Below are positions 10,301 to 20,018 of a DNA stretch of 64,000 bases, one piece after another. Both the position numbers and the translations under genes were made by a program. Numbering within the stretch: position 1 is the stretch's first letter; the number at the start of each line of letters is the position of its first letter. The stretch lies in IMG/VR virus record IMGVR_UViG_3300013101_002049, positions 64,001 to 128,000 of that record. One strand, 5' to 3'. Below the pieces are notes generated by a model. It had not been told where the DNA came from and ran no database searches. It saw only the letters and a list, made by a program, of their open reading frames with translations. The stretch comes from a virus.

Positions 10301-12777
10301 TAGATTATTATGTTGTGAACGAAGCGTCGTCTTCATTTGTACGTAAGAATAAATGGGTTCCAGCTAATGAGTTTTATACAGTGGCAGATATTGGTGCTAC
10401 AACACAGGATTATCCCTATTTGTTATATTGTAGTAGTGATTATTATGATGATGGTTCTTTTTTTATAAATCCATTTGGTTTATATTTGGTAGATGATGAT
10501 TTAGAAAATATTCCAATAGACGAAAAAATAAAAGTAGATGGATCTACAAATTTACCAGTACGTTATAGATTTGATGATGTGTTTAGAACACATAGTTCTT
10601 TAGCTGGTTTATATTACCCATATCCTAAAAATCCTTATCAAGCTATGGTAGGTAGTATATTAGTTGATATAATAACTTGGTATACATATAATGATTACCC
10701 AGATGGTGATAGTACTAAATCTATTCAATGGGCATGGCAGGAAATTTGGAAAGATATTGATAGATATCGTGTTGTGTATGACAATAGTTTATCCGTTACT
10801 TATTTAGGAAGTCATCCAATTTTAGATGAGGAAGATTCTTATTTTGATGAGTATATAGATTCTAATTATGAAGATATCAGCGGGGATATTAAAGGGCGCC
10901 ATTTATTTTTAAATGTGGAGTATCCAGAATATAAATATGATTTTAAATTAGGTGAACACAGATTAGTTTGTGATGAGGGTGATTCAACAATTAATATTTT
11001 AGCCCCTATAAAAGAGGAATCAGGGGTATTTACTGGTAATTATTGGCAGATACAATTAAATAATGGTCCGGTTAGATGTTTTGATGCAAGTGGCGATTGG
11101 GTAAATACAGTTAGTGGGTGTAATAAAGATTTATATGATACTTGTACCATGTCCCCATGGGTGACTGATATAACATTGTTCGATACTGGATATAATAGCA
11201 CAATACCTTCTTCAGATCGTACTATTCAAACTTATGATAGTATTGGTGACCCTGTTTATGAATATTATCAAAGAGGTTTAAATATAGCGATTGATGATAC
11301 AAAACTTGATTTAGTACCTTCAAAAATGGTAGTTTTAAATGAAGATAAGTATTTAGTTAGTTGTGATGTAGCTCCAAACTGTTTAGATAGTGGTTCTAAA
11401 ATTCCTTGGTCTGATATAATTCCAGGTGATTGGTATCCTAATACTACTGGTAACTACTATTATGCTAAATATTGTTGCGGTAATACAGATTCGGGTGATG
11501 GAGTTAACATTGATTTTAAATTTCAGGATAGTAATGGGGAGGAACAACAGCGTGTAATTTCTGGTGTTCTTATTGAATTTAAATATGGATCTATAGAGAC
11601 AGAAGGAAGAACTCCACCTATAGAAGGTGCAGATTACTTTGGTAGTCTTTATCATTTACCAGGTTTAAAAATGTATAGTTCGTCTAATGGTTCAAATTGG
11701 ACGGAAGTGTATAGTTTGGACGCTATGTATTTAGCTACTAAATATGATGTTTATGAAAATAAAACTGGATTTTATAATTTAGGAGTAAATGCTCGGGATT
11801 ATCTCAATGGTTATTCTTATTTTAGAATATCCTTTAGAATATCACCTACTAATACCGAAGTTGAAAGTCGAAAAGGTCTTTCTAAATATTACGATATAAT
11901 CAGTACAACTAATATTGTTGGAATTAATGGAATAAAGCTTTATTTTGGAGATTTAGTGGATGCGGTTGAGGACATCGTCACTTATGAACGAAAATATAAT
12001 ATATCTTATGGTGAGCATGGTGATTTTCCACCTCATGGATATGAATCGACAGGATCTTTATTATATCCTACTCCAACTGATAAATCTACAGTATATCAAT
12101 ACGACACTATTGGTGGTGTAGTTGGTATGCCAGGTAGTAGTGGGGAAGTTAATTCTATGAACAAAGTTCGTGGTAGAATAATGCAAGAATGTGTAGCTGA
12201 TAAATCTCGATTAGATATTAGTGGTGGTGGAAGCAATGCTTGGTTATACAAAGCTGAAGCTGAGCAGAAAAAAATTCATGATGAAATAGCTATAAATAAG
12301 GGCAACACAGCTTTTACTTTAACGTCAGTTACGCCACCAGGTTTAGAAGATTTTTTGAATGAGATGGAATTATCGTTTCCGACGTGGTCTTGTTCTTTTA
12401 CTAACACGTTAGTCAGGCCACTTAGTCCTATATTGGAACGCGGATTATATAGTCCATGTGGGCATAGTTTTGATAGAGACATGGAGAATGCTCATTTGGA
12501 ATATAATTGCGGTAAGCACGGTACTCCATTTCACAGATCTACTGAAGTAGTGTATGATTATGTATTTAGGCATTATTGTAGTGATTATGAACAGGAAATG
12601 GTTGATGTATTGGTAGCTTATTATAGAGGTATTGGTAATTTGTTAATTAATCCATTTGTGTTTATCCAAGCTGATGCTGCTAGAGCTAGTCGATTTAGTT
12701 CACATTATAGAACTTATAGAGCTCAGGGCGGTGATGTGGTTTTGAGTTTTCCTCCAATAGTGGATCCAATAAATTAG
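7390..12777 (+). CDS. Very large putative virion protein with a Cys-rich N-terminus
   Basis: ORF track gives 7348-12777. The in-frame GTG at 7390 follows GGAGG and is the likelier start. About 1795 aa, acidic and aromatic. Confidence 0.6.
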   Translation: MSKNKCQYWVNEPIVCEYWDEVNQVCIYAPQSASDADAASRAPYCNRIGTDASCDQYTGDGSKQYRCILPDPNRHVGQRDVPGGGKWTLDQINGYNDGQCDGNGTDATCSGYSPYHMGFSSIQPDKYPYAADLEQFATVPSGLVFRLPLYYDVSYIRAQLGRCFWWREEAQEFSIDSNTGRINNVPTQCLNRNDEKIQEYWNDHSYDKDLGMWKAPCNGAKPECPGYTGVCWEYCVDPKMSQGDKVLAEQILELRYYLFKENWDLDKYKDSFAEPDIQAWAGKIHQALSTVNPFQVNWIIDAWRVYLPDFDYFHTEREKLPLTAGTASNNYEGEYPDLVKELKSIPLKPIIRNKFETLEFPDGEYNVFESSDINHEDVVILGDTFWYNSVVYAINLSDPELSFLPKDELLRYGSLFEMEQAWSDTTGKFDEFYDELSNDLDFVLKAFPEKAPTSLVDSHLNMFYIGSKTFWGDNDIFVFDKGSGTWEYDHIHFKKLFVGGVIGQTSFKIEGEGTADYLPSYQDDFVAYTNRNGEITFSFFPMVSAWFGESCDMAYLYNDAVRERLPANNLIMPLSKTYVVGYKLYKILFGQEMELSITDGSLRVLGNAGYILVIIPDTYKDLSNAVRPWEIDGKMYLYYAEDDRIEMEVYEKGTDRLEVNQFIIKPKNINEFKQICNNTYLYINKLYTYEKHSFGEVPERSHYGSEVVPDSYVTVSGSDPDSVIYRDDIMELENDEYNYTLSKFGYDPLIMSVVLKGRTGRTRGQIKTKLLTWVRQPYCRDVEIFYSWSASYRKYTLLPEYNCYGKPGAEYEVDENDAPVSINNGYVPPCGDHDLSFFSETGPMWYPYNECDNYARYNIVGNLTEFDIRIMEPFWEGVDPPHGKWDIRMLGPADHFGYTCDSHAHLWNCLCDWSFCNEDKLGENRFSGYGYYRCGLDFLAKERALRNDGSLPKFGNVYRDFLRSYRSMDNIDYYVVNEASSSFVRKNKWVPANEFYTVADIGATTQDYPYLLYCSSDYYDDGSFFINPFGLYLVDDDLENIPIDEKIKVDGSTNLPVRYRFDDVFRTHSSLAGLYYPYPKNPYQAMVGSILVDIITWYTYNDYPDGDSTKSIQWAWQEIWKDIDRYRVVYDNSLSVTYLGSHPILDEEDSYFDEYIDSNYEDISGDIKGRHLFLNVEYPEYKYDFKLGEHRLVCDEGDSTINILAPIKEESGVFTGNYWQIQLNNGPVRCFDASGDWVNTVSGCNKDLYDTCTMSPWVTDITLFDTGYNSTIPSSDRTIQTYDSIGDPVYEYYQRGLNIAIDDTKLDLVPSKMVVLNEDKYLVSCDVAPNCLDSGSKIPWSDIIPGDWYPNTTGNYYYAKYCCGNTDSGDGVNIDFKFQDSNGEEQQRVISGVLIEFKYGSIETEGRTPPIEGADYFGSLYHLPGLKMYSSSNGSNWTEVYSLDAMYLATKYDVYENKTGFYNLGVNARDYLNGYSYFRISFRISPTNTEVESRKGLSKYYDIISTTNIVGINGIKLYFGDLVDAVEDIVTYERKYNISYGEHGDFPPHGYESTGSLLYPTPTDKSTVYQYDTIGGVVGMPGSSGEVNSMNKVRGRIMQECVADKSRLDISGGGSNAWLYKAEAEQKKIHDEIAINKGNTAFTLTSVTPPGLEDFLNEMELSFPTWSCSFTNTLVRPLSPILERGLYSPCGHSFDRDMENAHLEYNCGKHGTPFHRSTEVVYDYVFRHYCSDYEQEMVDVLVAYYRGIGNLLINPFVFIQADAARASRFSSHYRTYRAQGGDVVLSFPPIVDPIN

Positions 12778-12785
12778 GAGTAATT

Positions 12786-13178
12786 ATGTTTACTATTAAG
12801 TGTGATAAATGTTCTGGTAATTTGGTAATGGATATGCGTTCTACTATGAACAACTATATAAAGGATGATTGGAAGTACGAAATAGATATTGATACTGGAA
12901 AATTGATTGAAGATTCTATTCAGAAATATTTGATTTATACTTGCAAAAAGTGTGGAACAAACTATAAGTTTACCTATAAAGAATGGGAAAAACGTTATAG
13001 AAAAGAATTAGCGACACAGATTATGGAAATTAAAAAGATGAAAGTATTTAGAACATTGAATCCAGCTGCTATAAAAGAAGAAAATGGAATAGAATTTTGT
13101 GGTCAATGTAGTGGGTATGCTGGAGACGGATATTGTTTAGTGGATATTATTAAACAGTGTTCTATAAGGAAATCATAA
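12786..13178 (+). CDS. Cys-rich (zinc-binding) hypothetical protein
   Basis: CDKC, CKKC and CGQC..C..C motifs; AGGAG RBS. Confidence 0.6.
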   Translation: MFTIKCDKCSGNLVMDMRSTMNNYIKDDWKYEIDIDTGKLIEDSIQKYLIYTCKKCGTNYKFTYKEWEKRYRKELATQIMEIKKMKVFRTLNPAAIKEENGIEFCGQCSGYAGDGYCLVDIIKQCSIRKS

Positions 13179-16100
13179 ATGTCATATAATTTTTTAAGAG
13201 ATTCCAGATATATAAGAAATTCATTTCTATGTATGTATGATACATTGGACGGGTATTCGTCTGATTTTCATGAAAATGGTGACGTAGATGGTTGGGATCT
13301 GTATAATAATATATATTTATATGGATGTTGGAATGGTGTTTTATTTGGAACATCTTATGATAGAGATTGTTATATAGGTCGTTCCGCTAATTTATTACCT
13401 ATCGAGGCTGAATATTATTATGTAGTTAAAATAATGATGAAAGTTACTAATAATAATTCTGACAAAGCTGTGCAAGGTCTTACAACTGGTAGAATTAGAT
13501 GGACTCGTTTGGGTGATAGTAGTTGGGATTCGAATAAACAAATGGATTTTGATATTACAGCGGACGATAAATGGCATTTATATACTATTAATATGGGGCC
13601 GGCTCAGTGGTGGCAAGGCGATATTAGTAATTTGAGAATTTATCCTTTTCTTGATGGTTGGTCTGGTGATGAATTTGCCATTAAATATGTTAAAATTAGT
13701 TCGCAAAATAAGTATGCTTGTACTAATACACAATGTCCTTATTATTTAAGTTATGAACACCCCTGTCCTGGTGGCGGTAGTAGGGGTAGTTGTGAGTCTG
13801 GTTTACAAAATACTACATATACAACTATATCTGGAGTAAACGATAAGTTTTCTATAAATATAGACGGCTATGGAGAAGAAACATTTGATTTAGGTACTAA
13901 TGAAAATGTTACTCCAATAGAGATGGCAAAAATTCTCGCAAATAATATAGCTTCTCTTAATGTAGGAGGTTATTCATATGTTGAAGTTGATTATTCTGAA
14001 AATGATAAATTAAAAATATATTCTGGAACAGTAGGATCAGACAGTTCAGTGATGGTTGTGGATTCATCCGCCGCCAGAGCTCTTGGTTTTTTCGATAATG
14101 AAGGTAATGATATTTCAACTACTGAAATAGGCACTGATCCGGCTGATGGGTTTGATTATGCGTCATCACGTATGCTGACTGCATTGGAAATTAATAAGTT
14201 GATTGATGGGCGTACTAATTCGTTTGCATACATTCATAATCCACAACAATATAATATTGAAGGTGGTCGTAGAGATTTTAATGAAATTGGAACTTCTCGA
14301 TTGCTGTCTGGGGTTACTTCTGGTGAATATTATCAGTCATTAAATAATACAGGACGAACTTTAATAGATTTATCTCATCCAATAAATAATAATGGGTGGC
14401 TTAAAGCTATTTATATGTATGGAAAAATAACGTCGTTGGCTAAGATAAAGATATTAAGACCTAAAAAAGACGGTACATTTACTGTAGTTTATTCATTGGA
14501 TATGCCCACAGAAGATGCTACTAAGCTTTATACTACTAGACCTATTAATTATCGGGTTGATTGTGATATATTAGTTACTAAGGGTGATGTTATTGGGATT
14601 TATAATGCTGATTTATATGTTGGTGTTACGTTAAATGGCCGCCCGGATGCTGTGTTTCAGCAGTTAGCTGGTGATGTTGTGGTTGGTGATGCGATAGATG
14701 CTGGTGAAGTTTATTCATTTGGTGTTGCTGGATTCGCTATATATGCTCGTGGAGATAGATGGCAAGATAATATAGTTTTAGATATTGATTTAGGTGATAG
14801 AATTAATATTGAAGAAATGAACATTTATGGTAGAGAAGAATCTGATGAATTTGAATTTAATATAGCATCTTGTTTAGATTTAAGTTGGGATGTTGATTTA
14901 TATAATGAAACACATTACCATTCAGGTGTTAGATGGACTGATGGTACTACTTGGACTGAAACTCATTTGAATGTTGGTTATGGGCATAGTTGTTTAAATG
15001 ATTGTGTTAGAACGGCTGATAATGGTAGGCAAGGTGATACGTTTACATCTGGACCTAATGGCATGGAAACTTACGGCCATCATGCATATTTTTATGTTGA
15101 TGGTGACGCTGAGTGGTTGTATTCATTCAGTTGTACTGGTAAAACTGAATATTGTTGGCCGTATGTACCTGGATCAGCATATGGTACTACACGTACGGCT
15201 GGTGTAGGAGGTTTTACACGGGACCCTATTTCATTTACGTTGATGTTTCCTTATAATTTTACAACTAAAATTCATAAAAGTATAGTTTATTTTAAAGAAC
15301 GTAATAATTTTCGTAGTATTGAGTTATCTTATTATCTTGGGCCTTATCAATCTACTGGTAATGCATACAAAGACTCACGATTTATGAGGGTGCCTGATTA
15401 TACTTCGGTAAAATTAGATGGGCTGGAATATTTACCTGATTCGGATGATATGTCAAATGATTATATTTTTAATAACCCAACCAATGAAGATATACAATTT
15501 GCTCGAGCTAATAGATATGATCCAATTAATTGGCGTGAATATAGGGCTGCTTTGATTACTGATTGGACTATTTTAGAACATAATTTCGATCCGGTAGGAT
15601 GTGCTGGTTTTAGAATTTACACTAATAATCATAATAGTACAAAGATTATGGAAATGGAGTTGTATAGTAAAGTTGAAACTGACCCGTCGTTATTAGATAA
15701 TGTGTCATTGTCATTTTCTGATTATGGAGAAATATGGATTGATGTATCATTTGAAGAAATAAATGATAGTAAAATTTCTGGATTTATGGGTGGTGCGCCT
15801 AGGTATATGCGTTTGGAATTTTCATCTGCTACTACATTTGAATTAAATGAAATTGAATGTTTGGTTGGTGATCAAGTTAAATTAGAAGATTGTAAAGATA
15901 TTATTGATTTAAACCATGCGCCAAATAAAAGAATAGGTGATTCAACTCCGATAGTGTTAGAGAATGTTTATGATAAAGCTTTTGATTTAAGTGTTGATAT
16001 ACCAAGGGAAACTAGTGAAAGCGAAGATATTATTTTTTGGAGCAAATTAAATTCGCAAACAGATGTTGAAGATCCACAAATTGGTCCTGGTTGTAAATTG

Positions 16101-19100
16101 TATAAAAATGATGATTATGATATTCGAAATGACAATAAGCAGTGTGCTATAAATGTACCTGCATATGGGTTAAAAAATATAATTGATAATAAAAATTCTT
16201 ATGTTTATGAAAATGCTGGGGATTGGAGATTTCATGAAGTTTTATCAAGCGGAGTTTCATTGGATTATTCTAATAGTGAAATTGATTTTAGAGAAACGTT
16301 GGTTACTTTTCCTGCCGTATCTAGTAAATATTGGAAAATAGTGCATAGTGATTCGGGTCTTTTATTAAGTAATATTACTCCATATTTTGACGATACTGAT
16401 AGAGACGTAGGTGAAGTTTATGCATGGAGCACTAATGATAATTTGTCACAGAATTATACTTTAACGCATCGAGATGGGCTTGATATAGAAGGAAGTCCAT
16501 TACGAAATGATGTAACTGGAGAAGCACTTGATTTGATTTGGAGTATTGTTCCTTCAGGCACTATAATTATGGATAATATGGGTGCTGTGGTTGATAATTA
16601 TACTGGTAGTAGTAGTCCTTATATAATTAGTACATTTGATTCTATGACAGATTTTACATTTTTTATTGATTTTATAATGTATAGAGCATCAGATAATAGG
16701 ATGGCAATTACACAAGTTGATTTTTTAGATAGCGGTGATAATCGAGTAATACGATGGGAAATTTATGATTATTGGGTAGGTAGTCAGCAAACAGCTCATA
16801 GATTATATGATAAATCAACACCATTATGGGGTGATCATGTATATGTAACGATTAATAATACAGCCACAGATTTTAATGGTTTATACATAGAGCGGCAAGG
16901 TAGTAATTTAATTTATAAATTGAATGGAGTAGAATATTATAATGGGTCTTTTTCTGCTGATGCTGTGGCTAAGATGAAAATTGTATTGGCAAGATCGCCA
17001 AGTTATACTCCACCAGATAAACATGGTGTGTATTTTTCATCTCAAGAAACTATGGGTTTTAGTTTGGATAGTAGTGAGGCGTTAAATAAAATACGATTTA
17101 GACATTTAAATGGTAATTTTCCGTCATCAGCAGAAATTTGGGTTAGCCCCGATAATGGTAATAACTATATTAAATGGAGTAATTTGACATTAGAGGAATC
17201 AAATCAGACGTTTTATCAGTATTTTGCTATTGATTTAGAAAAACGACATGATCTTGCGATATTAAGAAACTATGGCGAAGCATCAAATAAACTTTGGTTA
17301 AGTGTAGATGACTCTAATGTAACATATTCAAATACAGAAACCAGTGATGTTGAAAGTGTAGTATGGGACAATACGGATTATGATGATACACGATGGATTA
17401 GAATAGCATTATTGTGTGGTGATGGTGTTAGAAGATGGTTAAGAAAAGTAGGTATATATCCCGATATTACTACTGCATATTGTATAGGTGGTGGATATAA
17501 TTGTGAATGGTATTCTTTGGGTAATATTTTATCGGATTATTATAACCCGATAAATGTAGCTTATGGCGCTGTTGTAACTGGAACTAATAATTACTTTAGA
17601 GATTTTTATCCTGATAATGCAGTGGATGGTATTAGTACCGATTATAGATCGCAGGCATGCTGGGGCTTTGATGATAGTGATGGTGATCCTTATTTAGAAA
17701 TTGATTTTGGCCAATTGTATGATATAAATAAGATTGTATTATATCATGGGTATAGTCCTGATGATGATGATTATATGAACGTGGATTACAATTTTAAAGT
17801 ATCTACCACAGTCAGCGGTGATGATTTTACTACCGTGTTTTCGATAACGAGTAATTCTGATTTTACTAGAACTCATTATTTTACACCGGTTTCGGCACGT
17901 AGAGCACGATTAACAATAACAGATTATGATCATGGCAGATTATTTATTGTTGATCCGATTACAAATGAATACGAAGTATTTCTCGGTAGTTTTTTACGAG
18001 AGATTGGGGTATATACATATACTGATGTTGGATATATAAATAGTGAAAACTGGCCGATAGTTTGTATGAATTTATTAGATCAATTTCAGATAGTGAATCA
18101 TGAATTGATTAATAAAGATCCGTCAGATACAGATACAGATTGGGATAATGATGAAATTTATTTTAAATATTCGGATAATATATTTAATGATCCAGAAAAG
18201 GTTTCGTTTACTAGGGCGGGTAGTGAAGTAGAGATTTATTCTACAAGTGATAGTTCTGGAGATGCGGCGACCACCTTTGAATATATTTTTGATGAAAATG
18301 TATATTTTGATGCTGGAAGTTATAATGTAGAATGGCAGTCATATTATAATCAGTCAGATGCTGAAATTAGTTTAACTTTAGAAGGTCCTGATTTAGCTGA
18401 ATTGTATGCTGAGACAATAAGTACAACTTGGGCAGATGAATCGGGTGTAATTGAAGTGCCTATGGATGGATTTTATACTGTTAAAGTAGTTCAACACGAA
18501 AATTCTGAGAATCATTGGGGTGGTAGAAATGTGTATATATACAGAATGGCTGGTTTGACTAAATGGGTATCAGTTAAACGAGACACCGCAGAAAATTATT
18601 CTTGGGACGATGATTCAGCCAAATATGGAGCTGATTATTTGACGTTAATAAAGATATTTGGTGATACAAAATATATACCTACGGAATATGGTTGGTGGTG
18701 GCAATCTACTTTGAGTGAAATCAGTAATGATAGTTTGTTAGTAAAGACCGGAGCTAGGTCTTTGAAAATATCTTATCCCACATCATCGGGTATTGATACA
18801 GTTCAATTTTTTGAAGGCGATGATTTTGGTCAGGATGTTTATTTTTCTGCAAAAGATATGTTACATTTTTGGTTGTATATTGATGACGTGTCTGAATTAG
18901 ATACAGCTACTGGTGATATTACATTTGGAATAATAAATGATGCTGATCCGGCTTATTATATTTGGTATATTGAAAATTTAAGTTTGAATACAGGTTGGAA
19001 TAGTTTAAAGTTAAAGTTTGAAGATGCTGAATATACTTATCCGGTACCGAGTCAGTCTGATTATATATTTGGGTATTTGAATGCTGGTTTGGATTTTCGT

Positions 19101-20006
19101 ACTAATAATAGAAACTTTAGTTCTTTTAGAATTAGATATAAAGGGTCAGGTAATCCATTTACTATGTATATTGATGATTTACAAATTAAGCGTAATACTT
19201 TTGATGATGATGTTAAATTTAATAAAGGTTTGTGTTTAACTGGTTATGATTATTTAGATATACCATTATCTGGAGTTACATTAGAACGCGGTGCGATTGA
19301 GTTTTGGGTTAAATTCTATACTGATACTTATGGAATTGATATATTTGGTGATATGAATTCAAGGTCGTTATTTACTATGGTGAATAATAATAATGATGTA
19401 ATATCGTTGGGCATAAGATCTGGTTATTGGTTTGCACCAAATGCTGGTCATGTTAGAAAAGCTTTGAATTTATTTGAAGTAAATAATAATTTGTTACCAC
19501 CAGAATATGTTTTTTCTATCGGTGATACAGCACATATAGCTTTGGTTTGGAGTAATGATGGTGAATATTTAGATAACGGCGACACCATAAGAATGTATAT
19601 TAATGGCGAGTTAGCTGTAAGAAATAATATAGCATGGAATGTTGAAGATACTAAGGCACTTTCAATAAGATTGGGTGGTGCAAATACGCAGTTAGCTTTA
19701 AACAGTGATTCTTATGGTAGTGCAGTATTTGATAATGTTAAAATTTATAATTATTGTAAAACAAGTTTTACTCCTAATGAAGAAGGTATTGCTAAAGATA
19801 AGGTATATACCCCTAATGAGTTTATACAAATATCGAAAGATGATGTTAATTTTTATGGTTTAGGTTCAGATCAATTACCATTGGTATTTTCACAAGTACC
19901 CGCTGGAGCTTCTAGAACTATTTATTTAAGAACAAATAAAAATGAAAATTTTGGGCGGGGTAAAACGACCGCTAATTTAATAGTTGAATGGTTAACAACG
20001 GTGTAA
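13179..20006 (+). CDS. Giant putative tail or fibre protein with discoidin (F5/8 type C)-like and LamG-like domains
   Basis: 2275 aa. Discoidin-like PDNAVDG..PYLEIDFGQLYDINKIVLY..FTPVSARRARLTI and LamG-like GAIEFWVK..HIALVW..MYING..FDNVKIYN. Confidence 0.65.
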   Translation: MSYNFLRDSRYIRNSFLCMYDTLDGYSSDFHENGDVDGWDLYNNIYLYGCWNGVLFGTSYDRDCYIGRSANLLPIEAEYYYVVKIMMKVTNNNSDKAVQGLTTGRIRWTRLGDSSWDSNKQMDFDITADDKWHLYTINMGPAQWWQGDISNLRIYPFLDGWSGDEFAIKYVKISSQNKYACTNTQCPYYLSYEHPCPGGGSRGSCESGLQNTTYTTISGVNDKFSINIDGYGEETFDLGTNENVTPIEMAKILANNIASLNVGGYSYVEVDYSENDKLKIYSGTVGSDSSVMVVDSSAARALGFFDNEGNDISTTEIGTDPADGFDYASSRMLTALEINKLIDGRTNSFAYIHNPQQYNIEGGRRDFNEIGTSRLLSGVTSGEYYQSLNNTGRTLIDLSHPINNNGWLKAIYMYGKITSLAKIKILRPKKDGTFTVVYSLDMPTEDATKLYTTRPINYRVDCDILVTKGDVIGIYNADLYVGVTLNGRPDAVFQQLAGDVVVGDAIDAGEVYSFGVAGFAIYARGDRWQDNIVLDIDLGDRINIEEMNIYGREESDEFEFNIASCLDLSWDVDLYNETHYHSGVRWTDGTTWTETHLNVGYGHSCLNDCVRTADNGRQGDTFTSGPNGMETYGHHAYFYVDGDAEWLYSFSCTGKTEYCWPYVPGSAYGTTRTAGVGGFTRDPISFTLMFPYNFTTKIHKSIVYFKERNNFRSIELSYYLGPYQSTGNAYKDSRFMRVPDYTSVKLDGLEYLPDSDDMSNDYIFNNPTNEDIQFARANRYDPINWREYRAALITDWTILEHNFDPVGCAGFRIYTNNHNSTKIMEMELYSKVETDPSLLDNVSLSFSDYGEIWIDVSFEEINDSKISGFMGGAPRYMRLEFSSATTFELNEIECLVGDQVKLEDCKDIIDLNHAPNKRIGDSTPIVLENVYDKAFDLSVDIPRETSESEDIIFWSKLNSQTDVEDPQIGPGCKLYKNDDYDIRNDNKQCAINVPAYGLKNIIDNKNSYVYENAGDWRFHEVLSSGVSLDYSNSEIDFRETLVTFPAVSSKYWKIVHSDSGLLLSNITPYFDDTDRDVGEVYAWSTNDNLSQNYTLTHRDGLDIEGSPLRNDVTGEALDLIWSIVPSGTIIMDNMGAVVDNYTGSSSPYIISTFDSMTDFTFFIDFIMYRASDNRMAITQVDFLDSGDNRVIRWEIYDYWVGSQQTAHRLYDKSTPLWGDHVYVTINNTATDFNGLYIERQGSNLIYKLNGVEYYNGSFSADAVAKMKIVLARSPSYTPPDKHGVYFSSQETMGFSLDSSEALNKIRFRHLNGNFPSSAEIWVSPDNGNNYIKWSNLTLEESNQTFYQYFAIDLEKRHDLAILRNYGEASNKLWLSVDDSNVTYSNTETSDVESVVWDNTDYDDTRWIRIALLCGDGVRRWLRKVGIYPDITTAYCIGGGYNCEWYSLGNILSDYYNPINVAYGAVVTGTNNYFRDFYPDNAVDGISTDYRSQACWGFDDSDGDPYLEIDFGQLYDINKIVLYHGYSPDDDDYMNVDYNFKVSTTVSGDDFTTVFSITSNSDFTRTHYFTPVSARRARLTITDYDHGRLFIVDPITNEYEVFLGSFLREIGVYTYTDVGYINSENWPIVCMNLLDQFQIVNHELINKDPSDTDTDWDNDEIYFKYSDNIFNDPEKVSFTRAGSEVEIYSTSDSSGDAATTFEYIFDENVYFDAGSYNVEWQSYYNQSDAEISLTLEGPDLAELYAETISTTWADESGVIEVPMDGFYTVKVVQHENSENHWGGRNVYIYRMAGLTKWVSVKRDTAENYSWDDDSAKYGADYLTLIKIFGDTKYIPTEYGWWWQSTLSEISNDSLLVKTGARSLKISYPTSSGIDTVQFFEGDDFGQDVYFSAKDMLHFWLYIDDVSELDTATGDITFGIINDADPAYYIWYIENLSLNTGWNSLKLKFEDAEYTYPVPSQSDYIFGYLNAGLDFRTNNRNFSSFRIRYKGSGNPFTMYIDDLQIKRNTFDDDVKFNKGLCLTGYDYLDIPLSGVTLERGAIEFWVKFYTDTYGIDIFGDMNSRSLFTMVNNNNDVISLGIRSGYWFAPNAGHVRKALNLFEVNNNLLPPEYVFSIGDTAHIALVWSNDGEYLDNGDTIRMYINGELAVRNNIAWNVEDTKALSIRLGGANTQLALNSDSYGSAVFDNVKIYNYCKTSFTPNEEGIAKDKVYTPNEFIQISKDDVNFYGLGSDQLPLVFSQVPAGASRTIYLRTNKNENFGRGKTTANLIVEWLTTV

Positions 20007-20018
20007 AGGGGATAGATT